Assembly: GCA_019116885.1 (NCBI GenBank)
Contig: DXAU01000070.1
Location: 2,245-66,244, forward strand
Direction: 5' to 3'
DNA from: Candidatus Mediterraneibacter pullistercoris
GTDB lineage: Bacteria; Bacillota; Clostridia; Lachnospirales; Lachnospiraceae
DNA: 64,000 nt
Shown here: in pieces, positions 57,010 to 64,000 of the stretch
Numbering within the stretch: the stretch's first letter is position 1
How the letters are laid out: each line of letters starts with the position of its first letter
Made by a program: the position numbers and the translations under genes
Notes under the pieces: generated by a model
What the model saw: only the letters and a program-made list of their open reading frames with translations
Told to the model about the DNA's origin: nothing
The model's database searches: none

Positions 57010-58752
57010 ATGGAAAATGTAAATTTAAAGATAAACGGCTTGAATGTAACTGCACCCGCAGGTTCCACGATTCTTGAGGCAGCGCAGGCAGCGGGCATAC
57101 GCATCCCTACTCTGTGCTACTTAAAAGAGATCAATGAGATCGGCGCATGCCGCATGTGTGTGGTGGAAGTAAAAGGAGCGAGAAATCTGGCGGCAGCGTG
57201 CGTACATCCGGTTGCCGAGGGTATGGAAGTGTTGACCAACACAAAGAAGCTGCTTGATTCCAGAAGAAGGACGCTCGAGCTGCTCCTTTCCAACCATGAC
57301 AAGAAATGTCTCTCCTGTGTGCGCAGCGGGAAGTGTGAGCTGCAGGAACTCTGTCAGGAACTGGGCGTGACGGACGAAGACTATTTCGCAGGCGAGATGC
57401 CCCATTATGAACTTGACGAGAGCGCGGTACATATGGTGCGTGACAATAACAAATGCATCCTTTGCAGAAGATGCTCCGCTGTGTGTGAGAAAGTACAGAG
57501 CGTAGGTGTGATCGGACCGAACAACAGAGGATTTGCCACATTTATCGGTTCGCCTTTCGGCATGGGACTGGGCGATACGAGCTGCGTTTCCTGCGGCCAG
57601 TGCATCTCAGCCTGTCCGACAGGCGCGCTCTATGAGAAGAGCAATATCGACGACGTCCTCGCGGCGATTGCCGACGAGTCGAAGCATGTTGTCGTTCAGC
57701 CTGCGCCATCCGTGCGTGCTGCTCTGGGCGAAGAGTTTGGCTGCCCGATGGGTACTGACGTAGAGGGCAAAATGGCGGCGGCATTAAGACGGATCGGGTT
57801 TGACAAAGTGTTTGACACAGATTTCAGCGCCGACCTCACGATTATGGAGGAAGCTCATGAGTTCCTGGATCGTGTGAGAAACGGCGGAGTCCTGCCGATG
57901 ATGACCTCCTGTTCCCCGGGATGGATTAAATACTGCGAACATTATTACCCGGATCAGCTCGAACATCTGTCAAGCTGTAAATCACCGCAGCAGATGTTCG
58001 GAGCCATTACAAAGACATATTACGCGGAAAAGATGGGAATAGCGCCCGAGGATATTGTATGCGTCAGCATTATGCCGTGTACAGCGAAGAAATTTGAGAT
58101 TCAGAGAGAAGACCAGTATGCGGCCGGAGTGCCGGACGTGGATATATCCATCACGACAAGGGAACTGGCGCGTCTGATCCGCAAAGTGGGAATCGATTTC
58201 GCGAGTCTTCCGGATGAAGGCTTCGACGATCCGCTCGGCGAATCTTCCGGTGCGGGCGTTATCTTCGGCGCCACAGGCGGCGTGATGGAGGCGGCTCTGC
58301 GCACCGCTGTGGAGGAACTGACCGGCGAGACGCTTGAAAAGGTCGAGTTCATGGAAGTGCGGGGCACAGAAGGCATCAAGGAGGCCGTCTATAATGTGGC
58401 GGGCATGGATGTGAAGATTGCAGTTGCTTCCGGACTTTCCAATGCGAAGATCATCATGGACAAGGTGCGCTCCGGAGAGGCGGATTATCACTTTATCGAG
58501 ATCATGTGCTGTCCGGGAGGCTGCGTGAACGGCGGAGGCCAGCCTCAGGTACATGCAGATGCGCGCAACTTTAAAGATGTAAAAGCGATCCGCGCGAAAG
58601 CGCTCTATGACAATGACGCGGCAAAGGCGATCAGGAAATCCCATGAGAATCCGTCCATCAAGAGAGTGTATAATGATTATCTGGGAACTCCGGGAAGTGA
58701 AAAAGCCCATCACATTCTGCATACAACGTATGTAAAACGGACGGTCAATTAG
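57010..58752 (+). CDS. hydA: [FeFe]-hydrogenase catalytic subunit (group A, multimeric type)
   Basis: N-terminal 2Fe-2S and 4Fe-4S domains; P1 TSCSPGW (variant), P2 MPCTAKKFE, P3 EIMCCPGGCVNGGGQP; ATG 9 nt after GGGAGGG. Confidence 0.92.
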   Translation: MENVNLKINGLNVTAPAGSTILEAAQAAGIRIPTLCYLKEINEIGACRMCVVEVKGARNLAAACVHPVAEGMEVLTNTKKLLDSRRRTLELLLSNHDKKCLSCVRSGKCELQELCQELGVTDEDYFAGEMPHYELDESAVHMVRDNNKCILCRRCSAVCEKVQSVGVIGPNNRGFATFIGSPFGMGLGDTSCVSCGQCISACPTGALYEKSNIDDVLAAIADESKHVVVQPAPSVRAALGEEFGCPMGTDVEGKMAAALRRIGFDKVFDTDFSADLTIMEEAHEFLDRVRNGGVLPMMTSCSPGWIKYCEHYYPDQLEHLSSCKSPQQMFGAITKTYYAEKMGIAPEDIVCVSIMPCTAKKFEIQREDQYAAGVPDVDISITTRELARLIRKVGIDFASLPDEGFDDPLGESSGAGVIFGATGGVMEAALRTAVEELTGETLEKVEFMEVRGTEGIKEAVYNVAGMDVKIAVASGLSNAKIIMDKVRSGEADYHFIEIMCCPGGCVNGGGQPQVHADARNFKDVKAIRAKALYDNDAAKAIRKSHENPSIKRVYNDYLGTPGSEKAHHILHTTYVKRTVN

Positions 58753-58800
58753 ATCGGATCTCCCGGTCAGCCGGGATAGATTCAGGAAAAGCAAAAAAAG

Positions 58801-58841
58801 GGCATCCACATCAGACTTTATGATGTGGATGCCTTCTTTTT
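58801..58841. terminator. bidirectional terminator after hydA
   Basis: 13-bp perfect stem ggcatccacatca / tgatgtggatgcc; A-run before and ttcttttt after. Confidence 0.75.
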
Positions 58842-58860
58842 GACTGCATATGCCCGGATA

Positions 58861-60978
58861 TTATAGTTTCAGAGGATAGTTGCGGAAATCCCCGGTTTTG
58901 TAATATATATCTACAGAACCGAAATATTTGTTTCCGTCTCCGAGGATCCCGTTGGCATAAGCTCCTGTATAGTTCAGAAGAAGAGCGATATCCTCCTGTG
59001 ATGTGACAGAGATATCGGCAGATGAATCGCTGTAGACAGTAGTTTCAGCGGTATTAGAAAGTTTCCGGAACAGGTCGATTCCCTCTTTACTTTTACTCTG
59101 TGCGGCACTGTCCGTGAGGTACAGAGTAATGCTGGAAATATCATCCGGATCGATTTTCGTGCGAAGAGAATATCCGTATTCATCCAGCAGTGCAAGTGTA
59201 TTTGTATATTCCGGGTACAGGTACAGCATTGGCACTGTGGCGTAAGGATCACTGCCAGAACTGCTGTAATGCGGAGAAACGGTGTCAGAACCGGAATTCT
59301 CTTTCAGGGCAGTATTCGGATACTCGACGGAAAGCTCACCGATGGGCTCTGTATTTATGAACGTATCTGCACTGACTTTCAGAACATCGGTTTCATACGC
59401 CTTTAGCAGCGCTTCTCTCTGATCTTTGTCCAGACTCATATTTTCAAACGTCCCATAAATATCAGACAGGGAGATCGAGGTCACGGAGCTCCTGTCTATA
59501 TAGAAGAAAGGAAATATCTGTTTTCTGTACTCCGTGCTCCCAAGCAGTTCTTCCAGCGCTCCGGCGGCATCCTTATACGCCACTGCATACTGTCTTGTTA
59601 TGGTCCGTCCGCCGGACAGTCTGTAGCGGAATACCGCCGAGAGATAATTGCCGTCATCAGTGTTCCCATCGTAGACATTCTGAGAATCGATCCCGTTTTT
59701 GAGATTATCGATGCCCGACTGTGCCAGAGCATAGAGAGTGTCATTCATTTCTTCCGGGGCGAAGTATCCGGTGGGAGTCTCCTGGAGATTTCCGGTTTCA
59801 GGATAACTGAAATAGGATGAGAAAGAATCCGGACAGAAACTGATGCTCTCGATTTTCTCCTTATCAGGGATATATGTATCGTAGCCGGGCAGGTCAAGAT
59901 GGAAGAAACAAAGGACGGCCATGACCCCGGCAATCGATATCAGCGAAGACTTCCAGCCTTTCAGCAGGAGTTTCAGATCCATCGTGTATATAAATTCTAT
60001 CACGGCGCACAGGAGCACAGCGGCCAGCAGCCCTAATGGGAACAGAAGGATATTTCCCTCGAGCATCATAAGGTTCTTTATCATCAGACTGATAAACAGC
60101 GCTGTGGGGATACAGATAAGTACTTTCAGCGCCGGAGAGATGGAGGGGAAAGCAACAGCATTTCCTGCCGTCTCTGACGGGTAGATGCGGTAGAGGAGTA
60201 CAGCGGCCGCGATGAACAGGGCGGACATAAGGCATACTGCTGCAGTCACAGAGATGCCAAGAGCGCCGGCTGCGCTCTGCTCGATTACTGCGGAAAACAG
60301 ACCGAACGGAGATAGGTATTTTGCCAGTTTCTGCGGCAGTGTCAGACTGTCAGAATAAAAACTTCTGAAAAATGCAGTCTCCAGTGAGGAGATCAGTACA
60401 AATACAATGAACGGGTATACGATTACAGCCAGAGACGCAAGCAGCCCTGTAACAGTCCTCCCGGTCAGCATAAGTGCGAAGACGCAGGCATTATAGATGA
60501 TAAAGAACGCCAGCACTCCGCCCAGAGCCGCCTCGGCGGAACGTCCCGCAAGTTCGGCGGTCATACCGGTGTCTGCGGCTCCTGCCGCGATGGTAAGCAC
60601 ACAGCAGACGATATAAGGAACAAGAACGATGATTAGTCCTGACAAGTATGTCGCAGTAAACCAGGTGGTGCGTTTTACAGGCAGCGAATGAAAGAAGTCC
60701 AGCCGTTCTCTTGAGTGAATCCAGCTAAAACCGGTCAGAGCCGAAAGGATCGCAAGCACTGCGATAGCTGCAGCGAGGTAGCGGAGAGTCAGACCGTTGA
60801 TCAGCCCGGGAAAATAAAAGATAAGATCGGATGCAGGGTTTGTGTATGTGCTCAGGTAGAGCATCGTATATACGGGCATCATAAGAAAGAAGAGGGTGCC
60901 GGACAGAGCGGCGAGCCATCCTCTGTGTCTGATGTCTGAGCGGATCAGTTTAATGCAAAAAGAAATCTTTGATGTCAT
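58861..60978 (-). CDS. large ABC-2-type permease with a roughly 330-aa C-terminal extracytoplasmic domain
   Basis: About 10 TM helices then a long soluble tail; start set at the ATG 7 nt after GGAGGTG, overlapping the ATPase stop by 29 nt. Confidence 0.7.
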   Translation of the reverse strand: MTSKISFCIKLIRSDIRHRGWLAALSGTLFFLMMPVYTMLYLSTYTNPASDLIFYFPGLINGLTLRYLAAAIAVLAILSALTGFSWIHSRERLDFFHSLPVKRTTWFTATYLSGLIIVLVPYIVCCVLTIAAGAADTGMTAELAGRSAEAALGGVLAFFIIYNACVFALMLTGRTVTGLLASLAVIVYPFIVFVLISSLETAFFRSFYSDSLTLPQKLAKYLSPFGLFSAVIEQSAAGALGISVTAAVCLMSALFIAAAVLLYRIYPSETAGNAVAFPSISPALKVLICIPTALFISLMIKNLMMLEGNILLFPLGLLAAVLLCAVIEFIYTMDLKLLLKGWKSSLISIAGVMAVLCFFHLDLPGYDTYIPDKEKIESISFCPDSFSSYFSYPETGNLQETPTGYFAPEEMNDTLYALAQSGIDNLKNGIDSQNVYDGNTDDGNYLSAVFRYRLSGGRTITRQYAVAYKDAAGALEELLGSTEYRKQIFPFFYIDRSSVTSISLSDIYGTFENMSLDKDQREALLKAYETDVLKVSADTFINTEPIGELSVEYPNTALKENSGSDTVSPHYSSSGSDPYATVPMLYLYPEYTNTLALLDEYGYSLRTKIDPDDISSITLYLTDSAAQSKSKEGIDLFRKLSNTAETTVYSDSSADISVTSQEDIALLLNYTGAYANGILGDGNKYFGSVDIYYKTGDFRNYPLKL

Positions 60979-61855
60979 AACCAGCCACCTCCGTTTCGCT
61001 GATAAATATTTCTTCGAGAGTGAGCGGCAGTACCTCGATGAAAAGCGGGTCCTGTGCTTCTGCAATGCTCATTACTTCGGAACGCCCTCCCCGCACAGTC
61101 AGGGTGAGAAGAGATCCGGTGCGCTCTGATTTCAGAACGCGCAGGCTTCTGAGGAGCTCCTGTTCCCGGAGCGGATCCCGGATGACGCACTGCAGTTTGC
61201 AGATCTTGCTTCTGACCTGATCGATGTCTTCTGTGAGAAGGAGTCTGCCCTGATGCAGAAGACCGATGCTGTCACAGAAATCCTCAAGCTCCCTCAGATT
61301 ATGCGAAGCGATCACAGGGGTAAAGTTCCGGTTCACGATCTCTGAGGCGAAAAGGCTCTTGAACGCCTGACGCATCACAGGATCAAGCCCGTCGAATGTC
61401 TCATCACAGAGGAGATATTTCGTTCCGGTGCACAGTCCGAGCAGGATAGAGACCTGTTTTTTCATGCCTTTTGAGAACGTGCTTATCTTGCGTTTCATGT
61501 CCAGATGAAATATGCCGCTGAGCGAATCGAACTGCTTCCGGTTAAATGCCGGATATACGGTCATGTAGTAATCACGCATTTCCCTGAGATCAGAATTCTG
61601 GAAATAATAAGGTGTGTCGGACAGAAAACAGATCTGCGATTTTATCTCCGGATTCTCAAATACATGCGCTCCGTCCACCAGAAGTTCTCCGCTGTCAGGC
61701 CGGACCACGCCGGCGATCATGCGAAGGAGTGTGCTCTTACCCGCTCCGTTGGAACCGATAAGACCGAATACCATACCGTCGCGGATCGTGCCGGTCACGT
61801 GATCTGCAGCGTGGATATCATGAAATGTTTTGTCAAGGTCTTTTAGTTCGATCAT
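60950..61855 (-). CDS. ABC transporter ATP-binding protein
   Basis: GSNGAGKST Walker A, FSKGMKKQV signature, LLCDETFDGLD Walker B. Confidence 0.88.
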   Translation of the reverse strand: MIELKDLDKTFHDIHAADHVTGTIRDGMVFGLIGSNGAGKSTLLRMIAGVVRPDSGELLVDGAHVFENPEIKSQICFLSDTPYYFQNSDLREMRDYYMTVYPAFNRKQFDSLSGIFHLDMKRKISTFSKGMKKQVSILLGLCTGTKYLLCDETFDGLDPVMRQAFKSLFASEIVNRNFTPVIASHNLRELEDFCDSIGLLHQGRLLLTEDIDQVRSKICKLQCVIRDPLREQELLRSLRVLKSERTGSLLTLTVRGGRSEVMSIAEAQDPLFIEVLPLTLEEIFISETEVAGYDIKDFFLH

Positions 61856-62226
61856 TTCGCTTCCTCCTCTCGGTACAGCCGGTCCAGGACTGCGTTATAT
61901 TCTGCCCGGGCAATTCCCAGTTCTCTGCCCTGTCTGATGAGATTCTCTGTTTCTTCTAACAGGACCTGCTTCTCTTTCTCTGCAAGTATGACAGTGTCTG
62001 CAACATAATTTCCCCGCCCCTTGACAGAATAAATATATCCCTGTCCCTCAAGGAGCGAGAATGCTTTCTGTATGGTGTTCGGGTTGATGGAAAGTTCCAT
62101 GGCAAGCGAGCGGACAGAAGGCATCTGGCTGCCGGGCGGGAGTGCTCCTTTCAGGATCAGTGTCTGAAAACGCCCGGCAATCTGCTCGTAAAGGGGCAGC
62201 TTGCTCTGATAATCGATTGTGATCAT
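61852..62226 (-). CDS. GntR family (YtrA subfamily) transcriptional regulator
   Basis: PLYEQIA..., MPSVRSLAMELSINPNTIQKAF wHTH with a short C-terminal helical tail; ATG after AAGAGGGA. Confidence 0.85.
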   Translation of the reverse strand: MITIDYQSKLPLYEQIAGRFQTLILKGALPPGSQMPSVRSLAMELSINPNTIQKAFSLLEGQGYIYSVKGRGNYVADTVILAEKEKQVLLEETENLIRQGRELGIARAEYNAVLDRLYREEEAK

Positions 62227-62256
62227 AATATCCCTCTTTTTCACACGACTGTTTGT

Positions 62257-62281
62257 AGTGTACTAGCACTAATAATACACT
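62257..62281. promoter_or_regulatory. candidate YtrA-type operator
   Basis: Imperfect 25-bp palindrome AGTGTActaGCACTAataaTACACT (9 of 12 positions paired) overlapping the predicted transcription start. Confidence 0.3.
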
Positions 62282-62282
62282 T

Positions 62283-62311
62283 AATATAACACAGCGGAAA
62301 TTTAAAGTCAA
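62283..62311 (-). promoter_or_regulatory. candidate promoter of the gntR-ABC operon
   Basis: On the minus strand: TTGACT, 17 nt, TATATT. Confidence 0.45.
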
Positions 62312-62320
62312 TATAAATAC

Positions 62321-62349
62321 TTGTGCATCCGGGAAAATAATGCTATAAT
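62321..62349 (+). promoter_or_regulatory. candidate promoter of folC
   Basis: TTGTGC, 17 nt, TGcTATAAT (extended -10). Confidence 0.4.
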
Positions 62350-62419
62350 ATCCGTGTTCTGCTTTAAGAGGGCAGAATATACAGCATATAACTGAATACA
62401 GAAAGGAAACGAGAAGAAC

Positions 62420-63790
62420 GTGACCTATAGAGAAGCAAGGGTATATTTGGACGAGATGTCGAAATACGGAAGTGTACTTGGCTTGGATACGATTCGAGGT
62501 CTGTTGCGTGAACTTGGGGATCCCCAGGAGGACTTAAAGTTCATACATATTGCAGGAACGAATGGCAAGGGATCTGTGCTTGCATACACTTCAATGATAT
62601 TGAGTGAGGCAGGATACAGGATCGGGCGGTATGTTTCACCGACAGTGGTTTCCTATCTGGAGCGGATTCAGGTTGACACCGAGTGGATACCTGAAGAGAA
62701 GTTCGCAGAACTGACGAAGACAGTAAAAGACGCTATTGCCCGGCTTGAGACTGCGGGGAGAGATATCCCAACAGTTTTTGAGATTGAGACGGCAATAGCT
62801 TTTTTGTATTTTAAGGAAATGCAATGCGATCTCGTTGTACTGGAAACAGGGCTGGGAGGCGCGCTGGACGCCACGAATATCATCCGGAATACGGTGTGCG
62901 CGGTCTTTGCCAGTATCAGCCGGGATCATATGGGCATACTTGGGAACACGCTTACAGAGATTGCCGGGAACAAAGCAGGCATTATAAAACCAGGATGCGC
63001 CGCAGTCTCTGCCCGCCAGCCGGACTGCGTGACAACGGTTCTCAAAAGCCGGGCCCGGGAATACGGGTGCAGTTATGTGGAGGCGGAACCGGAGCTGGCA
63101 GAAACAGAGAAAGAAGACTATCATGGGTCTTGCTTTTCCTATAAGGAATTTAAAAAGATCCACACGGTCATGGCGGGGAAACACCAGATTGAAAATGCTG
63201 TGACTGTACTGGAACTTATCCGGGCGCTTTGCAGACTTGGATATCAGATTCCGGACCACGCCGTGAGAGCAGGGATCGGGAAGACGAGATGGCCGGGGCG
63301 GTTCAGCTGCATCGGGGAATCACCAGTGTTCATACTGGACGGCGCCCACAATGAGGACGCTGCGCTTAAACTCCGGGAATCTGTGGAGGCATATTTCCCG
63401 GGGCGCAGGCTGATATGCATTATGGGAGTGTTCCGGGATAAAGAATACGAGCGGATCGCGCAGATCATGGGACCTCTGGCGTCGTCTGTCTACACAGTGG
63501 ATCTGCCGGACCGGGAAAGAGGGCTGCCGTCGGAGGAACTTGCGGCTGTGCTGGAAAGATACAGTTCCTGTGTGAAGCGTCCGGACAGATACAGTCAGGT
63601 AGAACGAATGTGCGCGGCAGAGGCCGGGGATGAGAGAGAATCTGCTCAGAGAGCATCTGTGGACAGGGCGGTGAGGGCAGCTCTTCTCGAGGCAGGAGAG
63701 GAAGACGTGATCCTTGCATTTGGATCGCTGTCCTATCTGCATCAGGTAAAAGAGGCTTATGAAAGGGGTGTGAGAGATGATCGATCATGA
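62420..63790 (+). CDS. folC: bifunctional folylpolyglutamate synthase / dihydrofolate synthase
   Basis: [11 protein letters not shown]-loop, [15 protein letters not shown] motifs; GTG start. Confidence 0.9.
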   Translation: MTYREARVYLDEMSKYGSVLGLDTIRGLLRELGDPQEDLKFIHIAGTNGKGSVLAYTSMILSEAGYRIGRYVSPTVVSYLERIQVDTEWIPEEKFAELTKTVKDAIARLETAGRDIPTVFEIETAIAFLYFKEMQCDLVVLETGLGGALDATNIIRNTVCAVFASISRDHMGILGNTLTEIAGNKAGIIKPGCAAVSARQPDCVTTVLKSRAREYGCSYVEAEPELAETEKEDYHGSCFSYKEFKKIHTVMAGKHQIENAVTVLELIRALCRLGYQIPDHAVRAGIGKTRWPGRFSCIGESPVFILDGAHNEDAALKLRESVEAYFPGRRLICIMGVFRDKEYERIAQIMGPLASSVYTVDLPDRERGLPSEELAAVLERYSSCVKRPDRYSQVERMCAAEAGDERESAQRASVDRAVRAALLEAGEEDVILAFGSLSYLHQVKEAYERGVRDDRS

Positions 63791-64000
63791 CAAGATAAAG
63801 CAGGCCGTGAGACTTTTCCTCGAGGGGATCGGAGAGGATGTCACACGGGAAGGTCTGGCAGATACGCCTGACCGTATCGCCAGAATGTGCGGAGAACTGT
63901 ATGGCGGCATAGAAGAAGACGCGTCGGTGCATCTGGCAAAGACATTTGCTGTGGACAGCAGCGAGATGGTGATAGAGAAGGACATTACGTTTTATTCCAC
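63777..64000 (+). CDS. folE: GTP cyclohydrolase I (5' part, runs off the window)
   Basis: [23 protein letters not shown] signature; overlaps the folC stop. Confidence 0.85.
   Translation, partial: MIDHDKIKQAVRLFLEGIGEDVTREGLADTPDRIARMCGELYGGIEEDASVHLAKTFAVDSSEMVIEKDITFYS

Noticed and set aside
60979-61065. Longer 734-aa version of the permease ORF
   Set aside because: The extra 29 codons overlap the ABC ATPase coding region and are highly basic. The internal ATG at 60978 has a GGAGGTG RBS at ideal spacing.
1-64000. CRISPR arrays, rRNA/tRNA genes, intact prophage or integrase genes
   Set aside because: Reading both strands, I saw no regularly spaced direct repeats, no cloverleaf or rRNA-like conserved segments in the intergenic regions, and no integrase, recombinase or phage structural genes.

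Overview
Chromosomal segment of a Gram-positive anaerobe. Gene content and protein signatures suggest Clostridia, probably Lachnospiraceae (inference). It holds about 75 genes, and I saw no rRNA, tRNA or CRISPR array. Layout: (1) 0-12 kb holds small miscellaneous genes, including four GNATs, several DUF proteins, tag and a decayed peptidase E. (2) 12-20 kb holds an OLD/PARIS-like ABC-ATPase-Toprim gene whose stop overlaps the start of a cobalamin/tetrapyrrole operon (cbiB-cobD-cobQ-hemC-cobA/hemD). (3) 22-31 kb is a polyol-type catabolic island: ROK regulator, sugar ABC transporter with a frameshifted binding protein, Zn-ADH, DhaK/DhaL and RpiB, ending at an IS256-like remnant. (4) 31-39 kb holds mazG, an aldehyde dehydrogenase and an NRAMP-like/pxpB/pxpC/accB/accC/pxpA cluster. 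(5) aroD and ybaK follow, then an Opp/Nik-type ABC transporter running straight into cobU (tandem fusion)-cbiC-sirC, then putP. (6) 50-58.8 kb holds a minus-strand operon (DRTGG, RsbW-like kinase, sensory-type [FeFe]-hydrogenase-like protein, DRTGG, PHP) facing a hydC-GHKL-hydD-hydB-hydA electron-bifurcating hydrogenase operon. (7) A YtrA-type GntR/ABC module and folC-folE close the window. The best candidates for under-described biology are the hydrogenase-linked sensor/kinase/DRTGG/PHP module, the single-gene OLD/PARIS-like defence candidate coupled to cbiB, the DhaKL+RpiB polyol island, and the pxpABC+accBC split carboxylase-like cluster. All functional calls come from motif recognition by eye; no searches were run.
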